Shown here: in pieces, positions 28,889-38,137 of the stretch
How positions within the stretch are numbered: position 1 is the first letter of the stretch
How the letters are laid out: the number at the start of each line of letters is the position of its first letter
DNA from: a virus
Virus record (IMG/VR): IMGVR_UViG_3300009514_000374
Location: 64,001 to 128,000 of that record
Direction: 5' to 3' (one strand)
DNA length: 64,000 nt
Notes under the pieces: model-generated
The model's database searches: none
The model's input: only the letters and a program-made list of their open reading frames with translations
What the model was told of the DNA's origin: nothing
Made by a program: the position numbers and the translations under genes

Positions 28889-29970
28889 AGCCATCGGCAA
28901 ACCGCGTCGCGTCGCTCCACCGCGCTGGCTATTTCAGCGTCGGCGACCTGATCTTGTTTGGAAAGTACAAGAACAAGAAGGGCAAGATCGTCGGGTTTGG
29001 CCGCACGGAAAAGAACGTGCCTACGGTCATTGTCGAACCCATCCCCAAGGGCCGCAAAAAGAACAAGGAGATCGGCCTGTTCAAGATCTGGCATGGCGTG
29101 CCTGAGAAGCGTGCGATGACGATGGAGGCTCGTGTAGCTCACCGCTATGCTTTTGAGCACCCAAGCGAGAAGGCTCGCCAGCAGTACCTCAAAGATCACC
29201 CCGGAGCCGATCCTAAGAAGCACCATGTCAAGGGGCCGTCGAAGCCGAGCAAGGTCAAGAGTCTCGTAGATCGGGCGCTCGCCAAGGTGAAGGGCGCGAA
29301 GGACCACATGGTCGCTGCGGTTCGTGCGGCCCCGGCCGAGGTTCACTCGTTCCTGTTCGACAAGGCCCATCGGAACAAGCGGACCAAGGAGCTTGCCGCG
29401 AAGCTCAAGGAGAACGCACCCAAGGCTAAGAAGGCTCTGTTCAGCGCCCTCAAGCGCGAGCTTTCGTCGTTCCCGAAAGCGGGGGCCATCCTCAAGCGGG
29501 TCGCAACGGGAGGCAAGCTCCAAAAGGGCGATGTCAAGACCCTCTATGGTGTCGGCGTCTACATCGCGGGCACTGTTCTTGGCGCGATGTCGGGAGGGGC
29601 TGCGGGCGCGGCTTTGTTTGGGGCCTCCAAGGCGCTCCTGCACAGCCTCAGTTTGCACGCTTCGATCAAGGCAGTCAGCCATCTCGCCGACGAGGGGTTC
29701 CTTGGCTACGAGGCGGTGGAGAGTGGCGCGATGGCGACGGGCCTGGCCGATGCGTTGCCGGTGAACACGAGTGACCTGCCTGGCTTGGGCAAGGTGTTTG
29801 ACGTGCTCAAAGAGGTGGTCACAGCAGCCGACGAGAAGGACGACGAATACCTGCGCAAGTTTGTTGAGGCCATGTACGACGACATTGTGAAGCAACTGGA
29901 GCAGGGCATCAGCGACGCTGACATTCGGGACGTTCTCGTTCACGGGGTTCAGCCAAAGGGGGCCGCATGA
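28885..29970 (+). CDS. composite protein with two tag-B copies (SH3/KOW-like domain and basic helical domain)
   Basis: KPSANRVASLHRA; EARVAHRYA; FSVGDLILFGKYKNKKGKIV. Confidence 0.7.
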   Translation: MKPSANRVASLHRAGYFSVGDLILFGKYKNKKGKIVGFGRTEKNVPTVIVEPIPKGRKKNKEIGLFKIWHGVPEKRAMTMEARVAHRYAFEHPSEKARQQYLKDHPGADPKKHHVKGPSKPSKVKSLVDRALAKVKGAKDHMVAAVRAAPAEVHSFLFDKAHRNKRTKELAAKLKENAPKAKKALFSALKRELSSFPKAGAILKRVATGGKLQKGDVKTLYGVGVYIAGTVLGAMSGGAAGAALFGASKALLHSLSLHASIKAVSHLADEGFLGYEAVESGAMATGLADALPVNTSDLPGLGKVFDVLKEVVTAADEKDDEYLRKFVEAMYDDIVKQLEQGISDADIRDVLVHGVQPKGAA

Positions 29971-32900
29971 GCGCAGCACGCATCGCCGCCCTTCACATGG
30001 CGAAGGCCAGGTACAAGGACAAAAAGGTCGTCAAGGACTCGGACGGGAAGGATATGACCGTGTACGAGTACAGTGACCGCCAGGTTTCCAAGCGGAACAA
30101 CGACAAGGCCGATCGTGTGCAGAAGCTCCGGTCCCTTCGATCCGATCTCGTGAAGCGGGTCAAGAAGGACTACAAGGCCAAGGATCTCAAGACGCGGCTC
30201 ACGGCGTTGGCCGTGGGTTTGATCGACCATACCTACGAGCGTGTTGGCAACGACGAGAGTGCGGGCGAAGGCCACTTTGGCGTGACCGGCTGGCTCGTCA
30301 AGCATGTCTCGTTCTCGGGCGGCAAGGCGACGATCCGGTACGTCGGTAAGAGTGCAGTCAAGCAGACCAAGGTCGTGACTGATCCGGGGGCGGTCAAGCT
30401 GCTCAAAGAAGCGGTCAAGGGCAAGAGCCCCGGCGATCAGATCTTCACCTGCGACGACGCGGGCGAGAAGGTGTGCGTGACCTCGGCCGAGGTCAATGCC
30501 TACCTGCCGGAAGGGATCACGGCAAAGGATCTACGAGGGCTTCACGCGAACGAGGAAATGCTCGTCAAGCTCAAGGCGCAGCGTAAGGGTCCGCTCCCGA
30601 GTGACAAGAAAAAGCGCGAAAAGAAGCTCAAGGACGAATTCAAGCGGGCGCTGGAGGAAACGGCCAAGGTGGTCGGCCACGAGCCGAGCACGCTCCGTAG
30701 CCAGTACCTCGTCCCTGCGATGGAGGACGCCTACATGAAGGACGGCACGGTGATCGACAAGCTCAACGAAAAACGCTCGTCGCTGGAGGCCGCGTGGGAT
30801 CACTTGGCGACCAAGACGGACGAGGAAAAGAAGGACGAGGACGCTGATAAGAACGTCCGCAAGGACCCGAAAAAGAAGCCTCCGCGCTACGACCTCCGTG
30901 ACAACAAGATTCACGATCCTGATCTCAATGGGGATCCCGACATGAAGGACGAGGCCAAGGCCGACAAGGACCCTGATCTCTCCCTCAACTACAAGCGAGT
31001 TGCGCGACGGTTCTTTGCGCGCAAGACCTCACCTACGGAATCCGGCGCCAAGGCGCTGTGGGAGCGGCACAAGCAAAAGAGCCCCGGCACCAAGCTCAAT
31101 TGGCAGGATTTCTTTGAGCGCAAGGACAAGGGCACCATCCAAGAGGTTCGGGACGCGATCAAGCCCAAGGACAAGCCCAAAGACGAGCCCGCGAAGCCCA
31201 AGAAGCCCAAGGCCCCGGAGGACGAGGGCGAGGCTAAGGAGAAGCCCGAGGACGAGGACAAGGCCAAGAAGAAGCCCGCCGAAGGCGAGGCGCCCACTGA
31301 GGATCCGCAGGCTGAGCAAGCCGCCAAGGAGAAGGAGCACAAGGAGCGTGTTCAGAGTGCCGTGACCGATTCGGCGCAGGCATACGACTCCGTGTTCGGC
31401 GGAGGCCGTGTCCAGGTTCCCCGCGAGGTAAGCCGATACCTTCCCCAAGCCCTCTCCAACATGACGCCGGAGCAGGTCGAGAGTTTCAACCAGGCCACGC
31501 AACAGCGCGCTCAGGCGATGCAGAACGAGGGTTTGCGTGGTGAAAATGTGGTCGAACGGGCTGAACGGACGCTGGATGACTACAGCGACGAGCAGATCGA
31601 GAACATCTCTGATCCAGCACGGCTGGCACAGGTAGTTGCTGATCTTACGTTCTCCGAGCACGTCCTGTCCCTCGACAAGAAGCGGCAAAAAGGCGTGAAG
31701 CGGGCGCTTAGCAAAGCGTTCGACCAGATCGAGAAGCAGTTGCAAAAGGAAACCAAGGACGGGCGGTACCGCCTGCCTTCGGAAATTCGACGCACGATCT
31801 CAGACCAGATGGGGAGCTTGGAGCCCGATCAGATCCAACAGTTCGTCCAGGGCGTGACGGAAAACCTGGCGGACAATGCGACCAAGTACGACGACAGCGA
31901 TGAATCTGTCGAGCGCGCCCAAGGTGATCTTGAGGAATTCTCCGAGCTAATCGAGGGAGTTTCGGATCCGAATGTGATGGCGCAAGAGGTCGCTTCGCAG
32001 ATTCGCGCGAAGCGGGTCGTAGAGAAGCACAAGCTCAAGCAAGGCGACCGCAAGCGGGCGATGCGGAAGGTGAACCAGGCGCTTGCACGCTCTATGGGCG
32101 TTCTCGTGTCTGAGCTTCCCCGTGACCTGAGAGGCAAGCTCGATGCGGCCATGGAGCACATGGACCCCTCGGATGTTCTGTCCGTGTCCGAGGCCGTGAC
32201 CGACGAGGCAGGCAAGCTCATGGCTCGGTACGGGGAGAACCCCGAGGATCCGGGCCTGCTTGCAGAGGCCGTGCAGATGGCGTCCGTGGACAAGCTCAAC
32301 ACCACTGACCCTCGGACGCTCGCGCAACAGGCGGCTTTGCTGCTCATGGCTCACGGGAAGCTGGCGAGCCCGTTTGAGGTTGGCGGGACCGAGGTTAGCA
32401 ACGTCCAAAAATCCCCCGAGGAATTGAAAGCTCGCGGGCAGGCTGCGTTCGACAAATTCGCTGCGCTACCGCAGGAGCTTCGGGACACCGCTGCCAAGGA
32501 TCTGCATCGCCGGATCAAGGCCACGAAAAAGGACACCCCCGAGCACGCTGAGTTGAATCGGATCTTGGATGGCCTTGCTCTCGCGGCTTGGACTGATCCT
32601 GAGAACGAGAGAATTCCCTCGATCCCCGGCCGCGCCACGAGCGCAAGGTTTGTCGAGATCGCTAAGGCGATGCGGGCAGACGGCAAGATCCATGAATTGC
32701 TCGACGCGGCCACGGACCAAAATTCGTCGGCAGCGATCGGATCCATGCGTGACGCCATGGCGCGCATGAGCGACGACTCCCTGATCCGGGCCATGAAGGA
32801 CAGCCAGCCGGAGCTTGCGAAAGCCCTGGAGGACTCCATGGCGGGTGGCATCGAGGCCCAATACCTCACGTCCGAAAAGACCGAAATCCTCCGTGACGTG

Positions 32901-33935
32901 ATGCGGGACATCGCCGTGGACGAAATGGCCTTCATGGATGCCGTGATCGGGGATGCGATGGAGGCCGGAGGCAAGGACAAGAGCGTGATGAATTTCCTCG
33001 ACCCCAACGAGCGCGGGAAATTCATCAAAAAACTCACCGAGAAGCGGTCAAAACACTCCAAGGGGTTTCTGGAGCTACTTAAAAACTTGGGAAGCAAGTT
33101 TCAGAGTCTCAGACCCACGAAAACGGCCGACCAAAACTCGGGTTGGGGAGTTTCAAATCTACGGTCGGAAGAATTCAAAATTAAGCTCCGCCAGGAAAAC
33201 CTGCGTGGTGTCCTCAATTTCGTGCAGGCGGAATTTGGGGAACTGCCAAATTCGCCTGCGGTACTCGCAATTCAGCGGTTTTTGGAAACTGGAAATCCCG
33301 ATTTCCTGAATTCGGAACCCGCAAAGGGCGAGTTTGGTCAAGAGGACGAGAATTCGGGGAAAAAATCGTCCTCCAAATTTCAATCTTCCCCCTATACCGG
33401 AGCACTACTAAGTGCAGGGCTCGACGCCTGCGCTGGACGCTCCGTTGCGCCGTCAAGGAGAACACCAATGTCAGAAGCTCTAAAGCAGGCGAAGCTGCTC
33501 ACCTCTCATTTCGACAACGTGGCCGAGCTGGTTCAAAAGAACGCGGCCCTCTTTCAGATTCCCGAGAAGATCGCGTTCGACTTTGCGAAGCGCTGCGATC
33601 TGATTTCGGATCATCTGGAGAAGCACGCTGGTCAGTGGACGATGGACCCCAAGGGGAATTTCAACATCGGCCCCGCTCAGCCCTTCAATCCGGCTGAGAT
33701 CGGCGAACAGGACGCGACGCCTCCCAAGACGGAGCCCGACGAGCCGTACATGAAAAAGAATTTCATCCAAGAGGAATTCGATGAACTGCGGGAGGTTCAG
33801 CAGACCGGCGGTTTCAGCAACGCGCGTGCAGCGGCTCAGGTCAACGCGACCTTCGCCAAGATGGCCGCCAAGGTTGCTGAGCTTGAGGCCAAGCTCGCTG
33901 CAAGCGAGATCCCGACCGCTGACACCGCCGAGTAG
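29967..33935 (+). CDS. type IB topoisomerase catalytic domain fused to large helical domains, with an internal in-frame start at 33468
   Basis: ERVGN, YVGKS, TAKDLR, GH.PSTLRSQY catalytic residues. Confidence 0.85.
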   Translation: MSAARIAALHMAKARYKDKKVVKDSDGKDMTVYEYSDRQVSKRNNDKADRVQKLRSLRSDLVKRVKKDYKAKDLKTRLTALAVGLIDHTYERVGNDESAGEGHFGVTGWLVKHVSFSGGKATIRYVGKSAVKQTKVVTDPGAVKLLKEAVKGKSPGDQIFTCDDAGEKVCVTSAEVNAYLPEGITAKDLRGLHANEEMLVKLKAQRKGPLPSDKKKREKKLKDEFKRALEETAKVVGHEPSTLRSQYLVPAMEDAYMKDGTVIDKLNEKRSSLEAAWDHLATKTDEEKKDEDADKNVRKDPKKKPPRYDLRDNKIHDPDLNGDPDMKDEAKADKDPDLSLNYKRVARRFFARKTSPTESGAKALWERHKQKSPGTKLNWQDFFERKDKGTIQEVRDAIKPKDKPKDEPAKPKKPKAPEDEGEAKEKPEDEDKAKKKPAEGEAPTEDPQAEQAAKEKEHKERVQSAVTDSAQAYDSVFGGGRVQVPREVSRYLPQALSNMTPEQVESFNQATQQRAQAMQNEGLRGENVVERAERTLDDYSDEQIENISDPARLAQVVADLTFSEHVLSLDKKRQKGVKRALSKAFDQIEKQLQKETKDGRYRLPSEIRRTISDQMGSLEPDQIQQFVQGVTENLADNATKYDDSDESVERAQGDLEEFSELIEGVSDPNVMAQEVASQIRAKRVVEKHKLKQGDRKRAMRKVNQALARSMGVLVSELPRDLRGKLDAAMEHMDPSDVLSVSEAVTDEAGKLMARYGENPEDPGLLAEAVQMASVDKLNTTDPRTLAQQAALLLMAHGKLASPFEVGGTEVSNVQKSPEELKARGQAAFDKFAALPQELRDTAAKDLHRRIKATKKDTPEHAELNRILDGLALAAWTDPENERIPSIPGRATSARFVEIAKAMRADGKIHELLDAATDQNSSAAIGSMRDAMARMSDDSLIRAMKDSQPELAKALEDSMAGGIEAQYLTSEKTEILRDVMRDIAVDEMAFMDAVIGDAMEAGGKDKSVMNFLDPNERGKFIKKLTEKRSKHSKGFLELLKNLGSKFQSLRPTKTADQNSGWGVSNLRSEEFKIKLRQENLRGVLNFVQAEFGELPNSPAVLAIQRFLETGNPDFLNSEPAKGEFGQEDENSGKKSSSKFQSSPYTGALLSAGLDACAGRSVAPSRRTPMSEALKQAKLLTSHFDNVAELVQKNAALFQIPEKIAFDFAKRCDLISDHLEKHAGQWTMDPKGNFNIGPAQPFNPAEIGEQDATPPKTEPDEPYMKKNFIQEEFDELREVQQTGGFSNARAAAQVNATFAKMAAKVAELEAKLAASEIPTADTAE

Positions 33936-33939
33936 GTGC

Positions 33940-34500
33940 ATGAAGCACGAGGCCGCCACTCGCTACCAGGAGCTTTCCACCGAGTATTCGGTGGGCGATG
34001 TCGTCCAATTGTTGGAAGGCTCGCTCAGCGATCGAGGGAGAGTGGTGCAAGTGTTTCCGGCGATCGGCATGGTGGACGTGGCCCTCGGCGGGACAACCAC
34101 ACGGTTTCCCGTCGAGGATCTGCTTCGCCTCAACCCCGAAGAAATGGCCGAGGTGCCCGCTGCTGTGGAGCACAACGAGGTTCCGGGGGGTGAAGGGACG
34201 GTTCCCGTTTCAGGCGGCTCGACACGCGGCACTCCCATCCCGAAGCACGGTTCCGTGCTGCGGGTTGCGGAGGCGTTCGTCAAGAAATCGATCTATTGGG
34301 CCAGCCGTGACCGGCAGTACCGCGCCACAAGGGGCGAGATCGAGTCAGGCGAGTATGGCTGCCCCAAGTGCAAGGCTGCCGCGCTTGCACAGACGATCTA
34401 CAAGCGCCGTGAAGGCAAGAGCGCCAGCCTGATGTGCTGCCCTTCGTGCCTGTTCACGATCAAGCGTGAGGATTTCCTGCCAGCGGAGGGGGCTGCCTAG
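33940..34500 (+). CDS. head-module protein with a C-terminal Zn ribbon
   Basis: CPKC...CPSC; VLRVAEAF tag-B-like segment. Confidence 0.7.
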   Translation: MKHEAATRYQELSTEYSVGDVVQLLEGSLSDRGRVVQVFPAIGMVDVALGGTTTRFPVEDLLRLNPEEMAEVPAAVEHNEVPGGEGTVPVSGGSTRGTPIPKHGSVLRVAEAFVKKSIYWASRDRQYRATRGEIESGEYGCPKCKAAALAQTIYKRREGKSASLMCCPSCLFTIKREDFLPAEGAA

Positions 34501-35955
34501 ATGGCTTTCCTACGCTACGCGCGGGCCAAGGTCGTCAAGCCCCACTGCTCTGGACAGCGGTGGCGCAGGGTCCGTACTGCCTCGACGGCAGCGCCCTCGG
34601 CCAACCTGATCACTCAGGCCAACGAAATTCTCGGCTCGGAATTCGACCCGAGCAAGTATCTCCTGACCCACGCGACGATCGTGTGCTCGGTGGATACGTC
34701 AGAGGTTCCAGGGGTCAAGACCGGCTCTGTTATGGATCCCATGACGGGCAAGCGGGTCAACCGCAAGTGGGCCAACTACCGCGTTGCTCCCGAGTGCGAC
34801 CAGTTCATCAACAACAACAACGACTGTTGGGACCGGGGCGTGCTGCTCAAGAGCTATCGCACGTTCGTCGGCGCCCACAACTTTGTTGAGCACGTTCAGA
34901 TCGAGGAACAGTCCAAGGGCCGGATCATCGACGCGGTAGCCCGCGACATCGGCCCCTCGGTCTACACGGACATCCTGATTGCCACCAGCCGTGACCACAC
35001 CCAACTGGTCAAGGACATCGAGGCAGGCAAGATGGCTACCCTCTCGATGGGTTGCTCGGTCACTGAGACGATCTGCACGAAATGCGGAAACGTCGCGGCC
35101 GATGAAACCGAGATGTGTAACCACATCAAATACGAGAAGGGGAACTACTTTTTCGATGACCGGGGCGGCAAGCACCGGATTGCCGAGCTTTGCGGCCATC
35201 CGAGCATCGACCCCAACGGAGGCGTGACTTTCATCGAGGCGTCGTGGGTCGCTACCCCGGCGTTTGGCGGTGCGGTCATGCGGAACATCCTCACGCCGAG
35301 CCAGGCCGTCGCCGACAAGGCAGCCAAGGTTCTCGCTTCGCCTCCGCCTGAGTGGCAGGACGGTGGAATCGACAAGGCTGCGCGCATCGTTCAGGTGCCC
35401 GCTGTCGTGGCCGAGGGTGAATTCGATTTCGGGGACGAGGGCGAAGGCGAAGGCGACGAGGGCGGTGGCGAAATGCCAGACGCTCCGGCGCAAGAGGCTC
35501 CCGCAGCCCCCGAAAAGAAGGACCAACTCCAACAGCTTGAGGACGAGATGTACTCGGAGATGGCTAAGCGAGTGAAGGATCGCATGAAGCGTGATCTCGC
35601 CGGTCCTGAACCCTCCCTGGGAGAGCCTTCACACTCAACTGGTGAGGACGTGATCAAGCAAGGGCGCAAGAAGCAAGCGTATGCCTCTTTCGTCAACAAC
35701 TTGGTCCGTACCGCAGATTCCGATGCAGCCCTGATCGATGGGCTGGCTCGGGCTAATCAGCAAATGGGAATTCAAATCGTCCGCGACCTGTACGTGGCGT
35801 CTCTCAATGTAGGCGCCACGTCCGAGTACGCTTCTTTGGTCGAGTACGTTGGCGCTTGTCGCAAAGCGCTCGGCCGCAAACCAACTCACGGAGAGGCTAC
35901 ACAAATGGTGCGTCTTGGGAAGCTCCTCTCCAAGTGGAAACAGCAACCCAAGTAG
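34501..35955 (+). CDS. prohead maturation protease
   Basis: NFVEH..GRIIDA, LSMGC, FIEASWV..PAF (assemblin/HK97-like); lies before scaffold and MCP. Confidence 0.75.
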   Translation: MAFLRYARAKVVKPHCSGQRWRRVRTASTAAPSANLITQANEILGSEFDPSKYLLTHATIVCSVDTSEVPGVKTGSVMDPMTGKRVNRKWANYRVAPECDQFINNNNDCWDRGVLLKSYRTFVGAHNFVEHVQIEEQSKGRIIDAVARDIGPSVYTDILIATSRDHTQLVKDIEAGKMATLSMGCSVTETICTKCGNVAADETEMCNHIKYEKGNYFFDDRGGKHRIAELCGHPSIDPNGGVTFIEASWVATPAFGGAVMRNILTPSQAVADKAAKVLASPPPEWQDGGIDKAARIVQVPAVVAEGEFDFGDEGEGEGDEGGGEMPDAPAQEAPAAPEKKDQLQQLEDEMYSEMAKRVKDRMKRDLAGPEPSLGEPSHSTGEDVIKQGRKKQAYASFVNNLVRTADSDAALIDGLARANQQMGIQIVRDLYVASLNVGATSEYASLVEYVGACRKALGRKPTHGEATQMVRLGKLLSKWKQQPK

Positions 35956-35976
35956 CCCAAAAGGGAGAACACGATC

Positions 35977-37269
35977 ATGGCACGTCAACGCCTTACTCAG
36001 CAAAGCAAGAACGCTTCTCCGCCCCCGCAGATGCCTGCGAACGATCGGACGGAGAAATCAGAACACCCCGCCGCGCAGCCCGATCCGGGCAAGGACGACT
36101 ACAAGACCGGCGACCCCTCCACTTGGGCCGAGGACGTTCACCCTGGCCCCTACGACACGAGCCCCGCTCCGGCGACTCCAGGCTACGACGAGGCTGCGGA
36201 TCATCCCGCCGCCAAGCCGGGCAAGCCCATGAAGGCGTCGGACGAGGAAGCGTATCGCAGGGCGACCGAGAAAAAGGCCGCCAAGTGCATCCGTATCGCT
36301 CAGGCTCTCATGCCCGAGGCTGCGGTGTCTGCGATCGAGGATCAAGCCCTCGATTTCATGGACCTCCCCGACAGCCAGATCCACAACACCCTCGATCGCC
36401 TTGGCCTTACGGCTGCTGACGACGAGGACGAGGATGACGACGAGGACGAGGGCAACGGCAAAGAAGCCAGCCACGCTCTCACCGCTCGCCTCGACAAGAT
36501 GGAGAGGATGCTGACTCGGATCATGGAAGCCGGGAACCTCTTTGCCGAGAACGGCATGGACATGGATCCCATGGACGACATGATGGGCATGGACGAGGGC
36601 ATGGACGAGGACGCCATGCTTGAGGAAATGCTGGCCGACGACCATGCCGGCCGCCCTCCGAATGACGCTCAGTACGGATACGGAGTTGTCGGCGAGGACG
36701 ACGACCCCGAGGTCGAGGAAATGCTCGCCGAGATGATGGGCGGCCACTACGCTGGCGAGATGCCCGAGGGCCTCAAGAAGCATCTTGAGGAAAAGGAAAA
36801 GGGCAAGTCGGACGACGACTCGGACGACGACTCGGACGACGACAACGGCAAAGAAGCAAAGGCCGCTGACGACGACGAGAACGGCGACGAGGACGAGGGT
36901 GACGACGAGGAGGGCAAGGAAGCCTCGATCCAGATGCTCTCCGACGAGCAAGACCCGATGGGCCTGATGGACCAAACCCCGGCCGGCGACGACGACCTGA
37001 GCGTCCTGTACGAAAAGTTCGCGGGTGACGACGAGGACGACGAGGACGAGGACGAGGACGACGACGACGATGGAGACGAGGACGAGGACGAGGCCGAGGC
37101 CAGCAAGAAGGCCAAGACCAAGACCGCCTCGCTCCGTCCGCAGCCCAAGAAGCCCTCCAAGGGACCAAAGAAGCTCGGGCAGGTAAGCAAGACGGCATCT
37201 TCGGAGGTCGCTGAGCTTGCTTCCCTCTGGAAGACTGACCCGGACGTTTCGTCCGTGTTCAACGGGTAG
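35977..37269 (+). CDS. acidic scaffolding protein
   Basis: Poly-D/E tracts, repeated KEA/KTA sites, position between protease and capsid genes. Confidence 0.65.
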   Translation: MARQRLTQQSKNASPPPQMPANDRTEKSEHPAAQPDPGKDDYKTGDPSTWAEDVHPGPYDTSPAPATPGYDEAADHPAAKPGKPMKASDEEAYRRATEKKAAKCIRIAQALMPEAAVSAIEDQALDFMDLPDSQIHNTLDRLGLTAADDEDEDDDEDEGNGKEASHALTARLDKMERMLTRIMEAGNLFAENGMDMDPMDDMMGMDEGMDEDAMLEEMLADDHAGRPPNDAQYGYGVVGEDDDPEVEEMLAEMMGGHYAGEMPEGLKKHLEEKEKGKSDDDSDDDSDDDNGKEAKAADDDENGDEDEGDDEEGKEASIQMLSDEQDPMGLMDQTPAGDDDLSVLYEKFAGDDEDDEDEDEDDDDDGDEDEDEAEASKKAKTKTASLRPQPKKPSKGPKKLGQVSKTASSEVAELASLWKTDPDVSSVFNG

Positions 37270-37286
37270 TTCCTATCCGTTCCAGG

Positions 37287-37317
37287 CGCTCCCACTTTTT
37301 CACGAAAAGTGGGAGCG
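37287..37317. terminator. 13-bp hairpin after the scaffold gene
   Basis: CGCTCCCACTTTT / AAAAGTGGGAGCG; no T-tract. Confidence 0.55.
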
Positions 37318-37325
37318 GTCCTCGG

Positions 37326-37352
37326 TAAAGAGCCAATAGATCCGACAGATAG
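37326..37352 (+). promoter_or_regulatory. late-type promoter motif upstream of the capsid operon
   Basis: TAA AGAGC CAAT AGATCCGACAGA TAG. Confidence 0.55.
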
Positions 37353-37464
37353 ATAGAAGGGGGGAGTGCGGTTGTCTCAAAGGTGTCCATGGTGGGCACG
37401 AACCGTCCCCCGGATCGATCACCAGCCCTTGTAAACAGGGAGTAGGAAAGGCCAAAGGAACAAG

Positions 37465-38127
37465 ATGGCTCTACTTGGACAAGCGAGTGGTGGTTTCACG
37501 GAGTCGTCCTCGGCTCTCCGAATTCTGCACGTCGGAATTCGCAACACCATCGGGGTGTTGACTGAGGACAGCTTCACGCAGACCAACCCTCCCCTCACCA
37601 CGGCGGCTGCCGACATCAGCACCCAGGTTGACACCTCGGTTCTCGGTGTACTCAGCGGTTCTGTCGCCTTCACCCGCAACGATGCGGGATCGAATTTCGT
37701 TGGCGGGCCTGCCGAGCCCGGCGGCGCTGCGGCTTCGCAGATTCGACCCCTCGGTTGCTTCATCAACACGGCAGTTGGCAACGCCTTTGAAAACCAGCCT
37801 GGCCCCGCAAGTGGCAAGGGTCCGTATGTCTCAGGACAGGGAACCTACGGCAACGGTCTCTTTGAGACTCAGGTGATCGAGGCGGCTGCGGGCGCTCTGG
37901 CTCAAGGAGACGATCTCGTCTACTCGACCGGACAGGAGCTTATTGCATCGCGCAATGGGTACCTGATGCCTCGCCTGACCACTCAAACCGGCGCTGCGAT
38001 CGATCTGGACCTGGCGGCTCACGCCCTCCAGCCCGCGAACGGCGCTCCTGCTTCCGATCTGATCGGTGTCCTCAAGATGCCGCCGGACGCGGAGATGAAC
38101 GAGTTGGTCTACGACCAACGGATCTAG
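37465..38127 (+). CDS. probable head decoration protein
   Basis: Directly upstream of MCP; PLGCFIN..G..ASGK..Y..G.G.Y pattern. Confidence 0.65.
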   Translation: MALLGQASGGFTESSSALRILHVGIRNTIGVLTEDSFTQTNPPLTTAAADISTQVDTSVLGVLSGSVAFTRNDAGSNFVGGPAEPGGAAASQIRPLGCFINTAVGNAFENQPGPASGKGPYVSGQGTYGNGLFETQVIEAAAGALAQGDDLVYSTGQELIASRNGYLMPRLTTQTGAAIDLDLAAHALQPANGAPASDLIGVLKMPPDAEMNELVYDQRI

Positions 38128-38137
38128 GAGTAGAACG

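Noticed and set aside
36410-37095. GACGAG/GACGAC microsatellite-like runs
   Set aside because: They simply encode the poly-Asp/Glu tracts of the scaffold.
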